A stretch of DNA of 64,000 bases, from positions 1,981,449 to 2,045,448 of the forward strand of contig CAVNZM010000004.1 of NCBI GenBank assembly GCA_963693365.1. The letters are read 5' to 3'. A model generated the notes under the pieces. That model saw only the letters and a program-made list of their open reading frames with translations. It made no database searches and had not been told where the DNA came from. The position numbers were made by a program, and so were the translations under genes. Positions 27,137 to 45,855 of this stretch are shown here, piece after piece; the stretch's first letter is position 1, and the number at the start of each line of letters is the position of its first letter. Source of the DNA: Amoebidium appalachense. Its lineage: Eukaryota > Protista > Ichthyosporea.

Positions 27137-28221
27137 GATTAGTTGTGCGTTGTATCGTTTTCCAGCTCCCAGGAGCGGCTGTGATGAGAGAGAGAGAAAA
27201 TGCGCTTTTTGTACGCTTGCCTTTAGTGAAGCCGGTGCTCAATCGGCGTGACATGAAGCCAATGAAAGAGCTCCATAGCGATTTAAAAGCCACCTGCTTA
27301 GAAAATACCTGCCTTATATGGTCCAGACGTTTGGCAACGGCCGCGGGCTTTCTAGTGCATTGTGTAGGGAATCTGCTTTAGATTGTTCTTTTGATGCATT
27401 CTATGGCAAAAAAAAACATGCTCAAGACCAAAATAATGACCCAAGATTTTACTTTTGCTAGTATGTTTGTGTGCTCTAAAGCACCTTTAACAGAGTATTG
27501 GCAAATTAGTTTTCATGTTGCAAGTCTCCCTACAGTTTGAAACGGAATTCGCCATAAAAGGGTGGAGGCGGGCGGAACTCAATTGAGTCAAGAGCGGAAG
27601 GAGCCTCTGGCTTCTAGAACCAACGGCATCTTTCTACATACGCCTACCTTCCGGCTGAAACAAAATCTCTAAACATAATCAAAAAACTGTTATGCCTTCA
27701 TTATTTAGGAGACTGGATTGACACAGAGACACATATCTGTTTTTGGTTGCACTTCAACACCCGCTCACTTCACGTCCGAGCACCACGTATTTTTTGCAGT
27801 CACTCAAAGAAAGCCATGGAACAATCAGATCCAATTTTTGGAAGACAGTTTTAATTGGCTGTTGAGGGCGGCATTCGATTCATGGAATTTCAAAAAACTC
27901 GGACCAAGATGATCCCCGCGTTTCTTAGAAAATGAACATTTAAAATCTTTTGTAAAAGAAACTGGGGGAAGGAAAGACTTTCATTTGAATGTATGCATAT
28001 GTTCATATGCTTGAGTATAATGAAGGTTCCTTGGGTGAAAGATAGCCACGACAGTTCGTGGACGGTGCGAGAGGCCTTGCGCCACGGCCGCGCGGCTGCA
28101 GCAGGCCTGCAGCTGGCCGCCGTCTGCAGCTGCAGCTGGTGCGAACCGCGTGTCGGACTGTATAGCCCTATTACGGTAACCAAAGCTGCAAGGTCCGCGT
28201 GATGGAAAAGTAAGCAGCTAA

Positions 28222-28257
<36 letters not shown>

Positions 28258-28834
28258 ATAAATATGTAGAGTTTTTTGCTGGTGTGTGCATCATTTTCTT
28301 ATGATCCTCATGTTGCTGTTGCACTTTCCGGGGCCCGATGCCGCGGCATGATTACGTATTCCCCAGACTTTTATGCCACCAATCGTTTAGCTCTAAATTT
28401 CCCCTCGACCAATCAAAAACTGCGCGGGAGAAAGGGTTGCCAAGGCTCAGCGCCTGCGGCCGTGGACTTTTTCCCCCCATCTTCCAGCATGCAGCCCGCC
28501 AGTTTCCAGCTTTCCCGCAGGTCATTTCACTTGTGTTTTTTGGGGGTGTTTTTTTTTGTCTCTTGTTTCTTCGAGTTCAAGGGCCCTTGTTGATCAATTC
28601 GAATTGACAAGATTTTGTGCTAGGTTGTTTGGGGGATATCGTTTTATTTCTTGCCCTTGCCAAGCGTTCGCTTTCTGTCAGGGCAACACAGGTCGAGTCG
28701 CGATATTGTACTTTCTTGTGCGTAATACAGTAGGTGACTGATTATTGCGTTACGACGTGGTGTGAGCTGCACTATAGGAAAGACACAGCTTTACAATTTC
28801 TCTTTATTCTGCCGGGTGAAGGAGCCGGCATACC

Positions 28835-29717
28835 ATGATGAAGGTAAGATCTTTGGAGGTGTGTGCAGGCTTCCTTTTTAACGATGAAAGATTAAGCATA
28901 GACGGGTATCGAGGCTATTGACTTCAGTTTTGGGATGCAAGAGTAATAATAAAGCATGCTTATAGTTCTGAGCTTTTTACTTCGTTCTCTCTAAATCTTC
29001 CTCCTGTAAAGTACTCGACCTTTTCACTGCTCTGCCCGTTCCTGCACGGTCTCCTTGGTCTCCGTGGTTTATGTGATGTTTGGCTTTTTTTGGTGGTCGT
29101 CGGAGTTGCGGTGGATTCGATCCGAATGTCATGCTTCATTTTGAATTCAAAACATGGGAAACGTCTCTTGCATGTGCTTGCTAGTTTCGTTTGGCCCCTC
29201 TCCCCACTTGTCCTCCTGCTCTTCCTTCCCCCCTTTTCCCCCCCCCCTCCCCTCCCCTCACCCCCCCCCCCCCCAAAAAAAAAAAAATCAAACTCCCCCC
29301 CCCCCCCCCCTTCTCCCCCCCCTCCTCCCCCCTTCTCCTTTTCCCTGGCTTTTTTTCAAGCATCCTTCGTTTTTGGCTTCCTTCCCTTTCATTTGTGCTC
29401 TCCCCCCATCCGCATTTGCGCGCCGGTCTTCATACTGTGGCCACCACATTCTAACCCCCCGCCCCCCCCCCCCCCCCTCCCCTCTCCCCTGCAACCACCA
29501 TCACCATTGCCACCACCACCACCACCGCCACCGCCAAATACCCACATATACACACTCTCTTCCAGACCCACCGTCCCCTCCCCGGCACGCACACGCGTAC
29601 ACCTCTGACAGTTGATTATGTCTGTAGTCTTATTTTGTTTTTCTCTTTCTCTTAAGAAGAGGCTTTCCAAACTGCTTTGATTCCCCCCTCCCTCCCCCTC
29701 CCCCTTCCTCCCCCCTT

Positions 29718-29760
<43 letters not shown>

Positions 29761-32615
29761 CGGCTTTTTGCCTCCCTTTCCTGCCCACCGCCTTTCTTCA
29801 GCTCTCCAGTCCGCTCTTCTTGAAAGTTCCTCTCCATCAACTCTGGTTCATCAATTTGCAGCACCTCCCACCTACCCCACCCCACCCCCTTCCCCCCCCC
29901 CCCCCCCCCCCCCAACCAACCCTCACCCCCCCTCACCCCCACCCCACCTTCGCTCCCCCCCCCCCCCCCCTCCCCTGTCCATCGATGGTCCCATCTGCAC
30001 GCGTCGTCCGACCAATTTCCACTGCCATCACCATTACCCTATTTCCTTCTTATTGTTCCATGCCTGTGAGTTAACCATATGTGGGATGGGCCACAGTCTT
30101 CAGACCTCGACAGCATCCCCCTTCACCCTCTTGGGGAGGATGGCGGTGCAGTGGACTCACCCCGTGGTGGTCGATCCATGACACCAGACAGACGCGATAG
30201 CGAGTTGGGGCTGGAGGGACCCCACTACACACGCTCTACCGTTAACAGCGCCCCCATTCTCACCGCCACAATTCTATGTCTTTTTGCTCCTTTAAGTTTC
30301 GGCCTTTCTCTGGGGTACACGTCACCCACCCTTGCCCAAACCACGTCGGATTTGGATCTTACGGAATCCCAGGCTGCACTTTTTGCAGCACTATTGAACA
30401 TAGGCGCTCTCGCAGGATCCTTAGCAGGGGGGAAACTGGGTGATATGTTTGGGAGGAAAGGGGGAATGCAACGTGCAGCCCCCGTTCTAGTTATAGGTTG
30501 GGCTCTTACTGCCCTTGCGCAATCACCTATGTTGCTGTATGCCGGGCGTCTTCTTGTTGGTGCGGGTGTTGGGATGAATGGCGTGTTTGCGCCTCTGTAC
30601 ATTGGGGAGGTGGCTACGGTGAACCTGAGGGGTGCCCTTGGCTCACTCAACCAGCTGGCTATCACAGTGGGCATCTTGCTGGTCTACTTGGCCGGTGTGT
30701 TGCCCCCCCCCTCCCCCCCCCCTCCTCCTCCCCCCTCCCCCCCCTCCTCCTCCCTCCCCCCCCCCTCCCCCTCCCCCTCCCCTCCCCCCCCCCTCCCCTC
30801 CCCCTCCCCCCCCCCCCCCCCCCCCCCCCCCCGCCGCCGCCGCTGCGTATACACCCAAGCCCACAGATGCATGTGCAATCACAGATGCATGTGCTGTTAA
30901 CTTAGTCTCATTCCTCCCTTCCTTCTATCACGCTTGCCCCGTCACCTTCCTAAATCTTGTTTTCCTTATAGAAAACATTTTCCCCGTCCCTTTCCATCTT
31001 CCTTCCCCCCCCCCCCCCCTCCCCCCGCATTAACTCCATACACTCTTCCCCAAAGTATTTGCTCGATCCATCTCCTCCCTCCCCTGGTATTGCCACTACG
31101 GAAAGGATGGGGATGAGGGGGGGGGGGGGGGGGGGGGGGAGCTGCATCCTGTTCTTAGCTTTGTATTTGTACAACATACCCCTTCCCCTCCCTTTCCCTT
31201 TCTCCAGTTTCGATCTGCTTCCCCTCCTCCAGGACTAATGTTTAATCTCAGCCTCATAAACACAGTGTAGCGGGAACATACCCCCCCCCCCCCCCCCCCC
31301 CTTTCCCCCCTAGTCCGCCCGCTCTTTCAACGGGACACACACACGCACACACATAACCACCGCCCGTGCCCACATACACACAGCAGCCCTCCCTCCACCA
31401 TCTCACCCTTGTGTTGTTCCATCCACCACCCTAACCCTCCCCACTCCCCCCCACTCCCCACCCTCCCCCCGGTCCACACACACACTTCACATATCACACA
31501 TACACACACCTCCAGCCCTCTTCTCCCCCCCCCCCCCCCCCCCCCCCCCATAGTACCGCCCCTTCCCTCTCAACCCCCCCCCCCCCCCCCCCCCCCCCCC
31601 CTTCTACCACCACCACCACAACCACCACACCACCTCCCCTCTCTCTCTCTCCCCCCCCCCACCCACCCACACACACATACAACCTCTACTCCACCTCCCC
31701 CCCCTTCCCCCATCTACACAGGCATGTACACGGACTGGCGCACGCTTGCCTGGCTGTGTGGGCTTGTGGGTGGGCTTTCTGCCGTGGCCATGGCCTTTGC
31801 CCCCGAATCCCCTGCATGGCTGGTGGGTAGGAGGGATGAGGGGGGGGCTAAGAGGGCCCTCTACTATCTAAGAGGCTCAGAGGCGGCTGCTATTCGCGAG
31901 TATAACGTATGTCTCCCCCCCCCCCCCAACCCACCACCACCACCAAGCACCGCCGCCTCCACCTTCACCCTCCAACACCAGCATCACACACACACTTACA
32001 TACATACATCTGGATACCTGCACTCCCATTTCATGTTCAGGGTATCTGTTCCCTCTTGCATCAGGTTGAATCGTGGATGTGCACTTGTACACTGTTTGGC
32101 ATTCTAATCCCTCTCCCAATGGGTTGAAGGTCCCCCTGTGGATGGCAATAACCCCCCCCCCCCCCCCCCCTCCCTCCCCCCCACGATGTGCTGTATTCGA
32201 GTTGCATACTCCAGGCGTATCTGCTTTCCCGCACGTCAGCATTTTCTCATCCGGTATAAATTCGTATTATGTACTACATTCCAACCTCCCCCCTCCCCTT
32301 CCCCCTCCCCCACAAACACGCACACACACACCCGGGTCATTCTTCTCTCTTTATTCAACTCAGTGATTCTCGCTATCCACTAATCCACCCAGCCGCTTCA
32401 GCACCCCATGACTCACACGCACCCTTTTCGATCACCAACCCTCAACTACTCACCAACATGTGTTTCCAATCCCCTATGCACTGCATATCCTGCCCCTATG
32501 CCCCCCCCCTTCCAACCACCACCACCAACGACACAAACACACAAACACACAATCTGCATTGTGTTGTCCGTCATGTGTGTGCTTCGTACACTGTAGCGAG
32601 CTCTACCCCTCCCCC

Positions 32616-32646
<31 letters not shown>

Positions 32647-32681
32647 ACACACTCTCTCTCTCTCTCTCTCTCTGTCTTTCC

Positions 32682-32728
<47 letters not shown>

Positions 32729-32757
32729 TCTTGCCTGATAACTTCTGCGCCTTGTTT

Positions 32758-32792
<35 letters not shown>

Positions 32793-32856
32793 TCCCCCCC
32801 CCCCCCCCTCCCCCTTCAAACCGTCCTCCTGTCAGCCTCACCCCCTCCCCCCCCCC

Positions 32857-32887
<31 letters not shown>

Positions 32888-34157
32888 CTGCCCCCCCACC
32901 CCACCCCTTCCTCCCCCTCCCTCTCCCCCCCCCTCCCCCCTCCCCCCCCCCCCCCCACCCCACCCCCACCCATGACGTGGGCGCCCCCAGAGGATGGGCT
33001 CTGCTTATTTTGCATACTCTTTGTGTGTGATTTGCACTCTGCATCGTGTTACCCGTTTAAAGTGTACTTCGTACTTAATGGCCCATTTACCCCCCCCCCC
33101 CCCCCCCCCCTGCTTCCAACTGTACTTTTCGTCAATACCCCAACTACCGCAACTATGCTACCACTGCAACACAACACTCACACACCCCCATCCCCCCCCC
33201 CCAAAAGGATCTTATGAGTGCCCGCCAGTCCTCCGGATCCAGTGGCACGGGGGGCTACGGAGAACTGTTTGCACCGGGTCTTTTTGCGCAAACGGTGGGG
33301 GTGTTGGGCTGTGTGGTGCTGCAGCAGTGGTCGGGCATCAACGTGGTGATCTTCTACTCCGGGGGCATATTCAAGGACGCTGGCTTTGGTGATAGTGCTA
33401 ATATGGCTGCTTTGGCTGTGGCTGGCATACAGGTGTGTTGTGTACGAACCCTGCCTGCCTGCCTGCCTACCCCTCCCCCCCCCCCTCCCCCCTCCCCCCC
33501 CCCCCCCCCCCCCCTTCCCCTCCGCCCCCCTGAGGATCGGCCCTCCCGTCCGCCCCGCTAAGGATGGGCTCTGCTTTATGCATACTCTGTGTGTGGTTTG
33601 CACTCGGCATTATGTTGTCCGTTATGAATGTTTGCATCGTACTCTAAGCGCATTCTACCCCCCCCCCCCCCCCCCCTCCCCTCCCTCCCCCTCTCGCTGC
33701 GTGCGGATGATGGGAATCTACCAGTGATGCATAATCAACGTGCGTGCCTTAATTGCATTATTGCTGTGTTGTATTTCGTGAATGTGTACTTGTACCCTGT
33801 AACGCATTGCCCTCCTCCTCCCCCTCCCCAAAAAAAAACAAAAACAAAAAAAAAACCTTATTATGCATACCGTGTTCTTTTCTGTGAGCCAGTTTGTGTA
33901 CGGAAGCTTGTTGTTCGTCGTATAACCCCCCCCCCCCCCCCCCCCCTCTTTCTTCCCCCTGGCCCCACCCACCCCACCTCGCCCCCCATAACGCATTCTA
34001 AACCCCTTTCAATAGAAATGGGGAAAAGAAAAAGATATGTGGTTACCTCATTTCTCAGGTACATACTAACTACTGCGGTATGGCCACGGTTCTTTGTACA
34101 CGTACATGTAATTTTTGTGGCCTATAGTGGCCTAGCTTCTCCTCCCCCCCCCCCCCC

Positions 34158-34198
<41 letters not shown>

Positions 34199-34722
34199 AC
34201 CCACCCATCCACATCAACTTACCATCCCCTCACCCCCCTTACCAGGTTCCCGTGACACTCCTATCAGTATTCCTGATGGATCGTGCTGGGCGTGTGAAGC
34301 TGCTCCAAGCTGCGGGTGTGATGATGGGAGGCTCACTGCTACTTCTTGCATACTTCTTCCACCTTCTAGCAGCAAACCAGGCAGAGGGATGGGGGGCACT
34401 GGCCGTATTCTCTCTGATGGCGTTCATTGCGGGCTTTTCGATTGGCTGGGGACCGGTCCCATGGGTGCTGATATCGGAGGTTTTTGATTCGACCGTGGGA
34501 TCTCGCGCCGCGTCATTGGCTATTTCTCTGTCGTTTGTTAACTCCATGCTGGTCACGTACCTGTTCCCTAACATGAGGCAGTTGTTTGGGGCACAGAGCC
34601 TGTTTATGTTGTATGCTGCTGTGTGTTTGTTGGGGTCCCTGGGGTTTGTCACTGCTAGACTGCCGGAGACAAAGGGGAAGAACTCAGAGGAAATCGCCCG
34701 TGCTTTCCGCGCTATTCGGTAG
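28835..34722 (+). CDS. MFS sugar porter, GLUT6/GLUT8 (SLC2A6/8)/ERD6-like; spliced
   Basis: Exons: 28835-28843 (MMK|gtaag, less certain), 30097-30694 (GYTSP, DMFGRK, LYAGRLLVGAG, PLYIGEVA..RGALGS), 31722-31907 (WRTLA, PESPAWL), ~33208-33432 (QQWSGINVVIFYS), 34246-34722 (DRAGR, GWGPVPW, PETKG). Confidence 0.93.
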
Positions 34723-36602
34723 GAGGACGGGGGGGAAAGGGGGAGACGGGGGGGGGGGGGGGGGGGGGGGGTTGCAACCATTTAAGATCTTAACCCGCTT
34801 TAGAATATTGTCTTGTAAAGCTTGTATATGTTTATGCACTGTGCGAAATACAAGTAGTGTACTTGTTTGTTGGCACTTGTCATGCCCGCTGTTAGAGATT
34901 TCAAGGCTGTTGTGCTGCTCATAGTAATGCTGTCCGCAGATCGAAAAGTGTTTCTTTTCACATTAATGGTGGCCCATGTTCATGTTGATGTATAGATGTA
35001 TGCCGTATAGTCAGTGTAACCGCATACATATATAACATGCTCATGCCGAAAAATGGCTAGCGATGTTACATCGATCCATGAGTTAATACTGTGATCTCTC
35101 TTGATATAATAAACCATCATTGCAATTGCTGACGTCCATTGCAGCCCTGGGCCATTTAACAGGCTTGCTGCCAATCTTTTTCGCTCCCCGTCCTCTAACC
35201 ACCACCGATGACCACACATATATACACACACACACACACATGTAGACTGGCACGCACACACACGGCCTGGCCGTCGCCACCACCGCCACAATCATGCATG
35301 CGTGCATCTCACATGTGCACACCACCCTCCCACTGACACACCTCAAAATGAAGACGTGACCACCCACAAACCACCACACGTCGACCACCACACGCACACG
35401 AAATTCTAGAGAGAGAGAGCCACACTGAAACCCAAAACCCAAACACCATTCTGCTAGTGGGGAGCAGTAGGCCTCCCTTCCACTCAAAATATACTGCTGC
35501 CCACTAGCAAGGCTGGTGCGAAAACCCTGGGCTGTGTGTTCCAAAGATAGGATTGGTGTAGTAGTCTAACTATGCTGCATAGTTGGTTGCGTCATAATCA
35601 TCGCACCCTAGCTAGGGTAGCTACGTAAATGCTAGTTGAAGACGGTAGTTCCAATCATTATGACCCGTGGCCTAAAGGGGGACCTTCCGGGGACAAAACG
35701 GGGTAAAATAAAACGAAAAACATGCGCACACGCATCTGCACATATACACATTCATATAGGTGCCACCAAGTGTGCCGCCACAACCACGGGTGTGAACATG
35801 CTTGTATACATGCACACCACACGCGATCGACTCAATCATTTGCACTGATTGTACCTTACTAAGTGATAAATGCATACAGCTCTCACAAAGAAAAACACAT
35901 ATGTGCATACATGTACCTCATGAAGCAAAAGTTACGTGTGCATGCACAGTGCACGTGCACACAGCAAACCGTGCACTTTTTAATGCGTACATATTTTATA
36001 TGGCACACGTCTCGCATTCTGCAAAGCACAAGCCTGCAAGTATCCAATTGTTGAATGTTTTCATCATAAACGTATCAAAAACTACTTTTTCAGAGTGAAG
36101 ATTTATAAAAAGCACTTGCAACCGGCACACATTTGATGAGTTTTTTTTTTTAAAAAAAAAAGTCAACAACAACAACATGTACATTAACCTGAACACGTGC
36201 ACGACAAACCGCAAAAATAAATCCTAGAAGTTGAAATTGAATCATCGTGAATATACACTGCTTGCTATATCATATCATTCGACAGATCACCATGCACCAA
36301 GTCGTAATTTCCCTGTATAATACCAAACTCTAAACACACACACACAGTGGATGATGTCCAAAACAGCATGTCGGTAGAGTCGGTTGACTTTGGGTGTGTG
36401 CAACGTGTGCGGGATCCCGAGGGGTGCTCTCATGCACGGTCCATTCGATATACTTCAGTTCGGTACACTTGTACCATTTCACAATACTCGCACTCAAAGC
36501 GCAACCCCAATAATTCTCCGAGTCGACAGTCCGTCAAACCGGATTTTCGCTGTGCATTTTACCAGTAAATGGAGCAGATTTTTCGTATTTTCAGGCTTTT
36601 TG

Positions 36603-40472
<3,870 letters not shown>

Positions 40473-41825
40473 TCTCGAGAATCCTTGAAAGAGAGGAAAT
40501 GAGTGACAAAAGAGTAACGGTGCAAACAAAAAGACAAATAGCTTTGCTATTGGAAGATCTTAAGTCAGTCTAAACAACTATTTACAGGTACTGTAAATGT
40601 GACCCTCGTAGGACTCTCCTAGATCCAACGTGCGTTGTCCAAACCACAAGGAAGTTGGCAAAAGATTTTCCCTGCCAGAAAACTTGAAACCACGTGATTT
40701 AACCCTGCAGAGGTTCTTTACTGTGATTGTATAGCTCTCCTTTTCAGTTTGCTAAAACAAAAATTAACAGAAATTACCCAAGCTAAACATCAGTTCTCGT
40801 TTGGAACTCGTATTTTTTGTCAGTCATCAGTCAAATGAACTTCTCATTTTCGAGCTGGCTCACAACTTCCGAGGCTATCACCAAAGGGATGCACAGGCGC
40901 CATTTCGCATGCATGATTTATGGCCACTGATAAGGAAGTTGCAAATGCGGCAGTGGCACAGTCGGCGCGAACGCGGCAAAGATAAAGCCTACAGATAGTA
41001 ACGCCTGTACTTGAGCAACAGCAGCCATATTACCACCATATTATTTGAAATAAGAGCCTTCACAACAATAAACACATTTCTTTTTATTTTTCGGTTGATA
41101 AGGCATCAATAAGGCAGCAATCACATGCTGATTCCGAATTCATGGAGACCGGCCGCCGCGCACGCCGACACATTCCTGGCCCGTGTGGATTTTGCCGGAA
41201 GCGAATCGAAGCCTTCCGATTGGCTCAGGCTGCCGTTCAAGTGACGTAATGTTTATTTTAGCACACAGCAACTCCCTTCCAAAGTTTTTCAGAGTGGCAG
41301 TTGGGAGTCGAAAAAACATCGTGAGTTTGTAGTAGGTTCATGTCCTTCATATTCCTTGAAGCAATAACAGCTGTTGGCTAAACATTGGTGACCATTATCT
41401 GCTGCTGCCTGTCCCTTCTCTCGCCGAATTATGCATTCTTTCTTCCCTTCATTTACCTGTTTCTAGGAACCTCCACATCAATTCATACTGGCAACAACCG
41501 TTTGTTGCATGCGTTTAGGAGCTTCAAGACACAACGCTGAACACATATATACACTCATTTTTAGATACCTCCCCTCGATCAATTTGATTGTTTATGCAGT
41601 TACTCATGATGTTACTGTGTAGAGACTAGAACCCGGTATGCTCTCAGCATGGCAGCGGCTCTCTCCCTCACCCAGGTGCCTGGGCGACCGGCCGTTGGAC
41701 TAAGTTAAAGCCAGCAGATTAGAGCCGGACTGAAAGAAAGAGCGTGCGTTCGTTGCCTGCGCCTTGTCGTGGGCAGAAAACGCAGCGGGATAGACCCCCG
41801 TTGACTTGCACCTCCTAAAGTCACC

Positions 41826-44044
41826 ATGGGGTGCATTATGTCTGCTGAGCAGAAGCAGAATCGAGTTTTAGATGAGCAGTTGAGGAGAGATGGAGAGGAG
41901 TTGAAGAAGGAGGTGAAACTTCTCCTTTTGGGCGCAGGAGATTCGGGCAAGAGCACCATAGTTAAACAGATGATCATCATTCACGAGAAGGGATTTTCGA
42001 AGGAGGATCGGTTGCGGTTTAAACCGGTAGTGCACAATAATGCGATAATCAGTCTGCAAGCTATCCTAAACGCCCTGCCCACATATAGTATGTGTATACC
42101 CTCCCACCCATTTTTTGATCTCTTTCGGCATCTGCCACAAATTCGTTGCGCCTACTATGTCACACGTGTCCCTTGCAGTCAAAACTTGATTTCTTTTTGG
42201 ACTGCTTCCTTTTTCTAGCAACTGCTTGTTGTGCGCAACACAGGACACACGTTCTTTCTACATACAAATACACATACGTGGACACGCACAAAAACACCTT
42301 TTTTTTTCTCGTTGCTCTTTTCTCGCTCCCTCTCCATCTTTGTTCACACCTTCCCCACATGTTCTCAGTTTTGTCAATCCTTTCTGCGACCTTCCAGGCT
42401 TCTACATTATGCTCCGTTTCTCACGAACTGTTCTATTAAGTGAGAAGGAGGTGTGTGTGCTTCTGTAGTGTGTGCGCATGTGGGGGAAAAAGGGAGGGTG
42501 GGTGGGGGAGGGTGGGTGGGTGGGGGAGGAGAGAGAGAGAGAGAGAGAGGGAGGGAGGGAGGGAGGGAGGGAGGCAAGGAGAGAGGGAGAGAGGGAGATA
42601 GAGTGGAGGGAGGGAAGGAGAGAGGGAGAGAGGGAAATAGAGAGGGAGGGAGGGAGGGAGGGAGGGAGAGAGAAAAGGATTCCATTTTTGCCTACCCCAC
42701 AACACTCAAGCACCGCAATCACTTTCGATTTTGGCTTTTTCGGCACCAGGCTTTCCCACACCCAACCTCAGTTTCGCTTTATCTTGGCGAAATTGGTTCA
42801 AAGCCGAGCTGAAGTTACTGAAAAGTTTTTTGTGTCTGATAGTTTGATGCACATCTAGTTGTTAGCTTTCCCGTCTCTGAATCCTCTCCGCCTTCATTTC
42901 ACACATAAAGGGATGTCAAGGCAAGTGAAGGAAGTTTTTTTGAGCTTGTTTGCATGTAGGGGAATTACTGCTGCGAAATCTTGGTGTATGCCACGTGCAG
43001 GCACATCACATCTGCTTGGTGTCTCTTGCTTGCGTACTCTAATGAAATTTTTTGTCATCCACAGATCTGTCTATCCCGCCCACACATAATGAGGTGGCAA
43101 ACCGGGTGTCGAGCGTAAACGGGCAGGATCTTGCTGAGTCTGTGTTAACGGAGCCCTTGTCACGTGACATGCAACAATTATGGGCACTCAAAGAGGTACA
43201 AGAGGCATTCCAGTTCGGCCACCTGTATCATCTGACCGACTCGGCCAAATACTATCTCGACCAATTATCCCGGCTATCCCAACCAGACTATCTCCCCACC
43301 GACGCTGACATATTGAGGACACGGTCGCGGACCTCCGGTATTGCCGAGACGAGGTTTTGCTTTAAGAACCTCTATTTTAGGTATGGAAAAGTGTTGGATC
43401 GATGTTACGTGGGGGTTGTTGTGGCTTTTCCCCTCCTCGTTTGTCCTGTTGCATGCCCTGGTGTTGGATTCTCCGGTGTGTTGGTGTGGTGTGTTGACTT
43501 CCCCGTCTTCGTTTCCGCTGTTGGCCTGGACGTTCCTGATACAGGTTTCAGTGTGCTTGTCTTTGTATTGTTTTCTGCACTTATAACACCTATCCTCTGC
43601 TGTGTGTTTGAAGTTCATGCTCGTTTATATCTACCAAGCCAATACTTCTGTTATATGTATACGATCCATGCACTCTTTACCTTCACTCGATACAATGTGT
43701 ATATAGAACTCATGCACGATGTTTCTGAAACTCCGTACACAATGGATTCCTATGCTAAGCTGCATGTACGGATAGCCTCTTTCCTCTCTCTCTCGCACCC
43801 CATCGCTCTCTATCTCTTCCCCTCCGTCACTCTGCCCCCCCCCCCCCCCCCCCCCCCTCTTCCCTCTCTCTGCCTTAATTGTTTTTTTTTTCCCTACAAA
43901 GGAAGAGGACGGGGGGGGGGGGGTTCGGGGGGGGGGGGGGGGGGTTTGCAATCCTTGTCACCCGCAGTTTATTTTTGGGTTTCACATTTTATCCCCCACC
44001 CCCGTCCTGCCATCACCACCACCCAGCACCACCACCCACCGATC

Positions 44045-44130
<86 letters not shown>

Positions 44131-44458
44131 GACACACGGACACACATACCACCAGCAATATTCAAATTCTGTTTCTTCTGCTGACTGTCATTGATTACCT
44201 CTCTATCCCCCCCCCCCCCCCCCCCCCCCCCCCACCCACTCACCCCCTGCCCCCCCGCTTTATCTGTGCTTGGCAACTTGCATTGTGTTGACCATCATGC
44301 ATGTGCACTTCTCTGATTTCGCACAACACTTTTTGTGCATTGCATTCACTTTTGCGGTTTCATAATAATGGCCTATGCTCCCATGTTTACCAACCTCTGA
44401 ATCATAAATCCCCCCTCCCCCCCCCCCCCCCCCCCCCCCCCCCAAATGCGCGCGCGCG

Positions 44459-44549
<91 letters not shown>

Positions 44550-44973
44550 CGCACACACACACACACTCACACTCACACTCACACTCACAACTCACACAGA
44601 CACGTACACCACCATCACAACCAACCCCCCATGAACATATCCTTACGTCTGCCTTCCTTTTTGAAGGACTAAAGGTTCATAGGCCGGGGGTTCTTATGTG
44701 AAGTTATGTTCACGTAGCCCGAATTAGATTTCAAACTATGAAAAGACCACACGTAATAGCGCCACCTTAAATCAATGAACCAATCGGGTAAGAAAGATTT
44801 GCCACCCTCAACGTGTAGTAAGTCCAACCACGTGGCTCTTGTCACCTCAAGTCGTTTAATTTTGACTTCCGTCGTCGTTAACCCCACTCTCACCCTCCCT
44901 TCCTCCCTCCCCCCCCCCCCCCCCCCCCCCCCCCCCAAAAACAAAAACACACACACACATTGATGCACACACA

Positions 44974-45006
<33 letters not shown>

Positions 45007-45086
45007 TCACTCACTCACACTTGCACTTGCACTCGCACCACTCACTTACCCACACCGCACTCACACACGCACACCCACTCACCCAC

Positions 45087-45117
<31 letters not shown>

Positions 45118-45819
45118 AAAAAAAAAAAACACCCACCCACACCTTTTTATATACTCACACACTCAGGTACACACACACAAACACACACACACACACACAC
45201 ACACATTCCACGGTGCAGGATGGTAGATGTAGGAGGGCAGAGGTCCGAGCGTAAGAAGTGGATCCACTGCTTCGAGAACGTCACAGCCATCATCTTCACC
45301 GTGGCCCTGTCGTCCTACGACCAGCCCCTGTGTAAGGATGAGGATCGCAACCAGATGCACGAGTCCATGGCCCTGTTTGACTCCATATGCAACTCAAACT
45401 GGTTCGAAAAGGTAACATTCCTCGAAACCCCCCCCCCCCCCCCCCCCCCCCGGTACTGTGGATGATGTGGGCCCCCCTGAGGATGGGCTCTGCTTATTAT
45501 GCATACTCTTTATGTATGGCTTGCATTCTGCATCGTGTTATCCGTTTGTTCTTGTATACTTCGTACTTTATGACGCATTTAAACCCCCCCCCCCCCCCCC
45601 CCCCTTCTCCCGCTATTACACACACACACGGCATACATAGCCACCTTTGTTTAAGTTGGGAATTAGATCGTAGGACAGTGGGTTGAAAGTTTGGTACTGT
45701 GGGTGACTTGGTCTCCTCCTGAGAATGGGCACTAATCATGATGATTACTCTCCTGCGTTTTTTGGAAAGAATGTGACTTGTTCTGTCCGTCGTGAAAGTG
45801 TGCTTTGTGTGTTCTGCAG

Positions 45820-45855
<36 letters not shown>

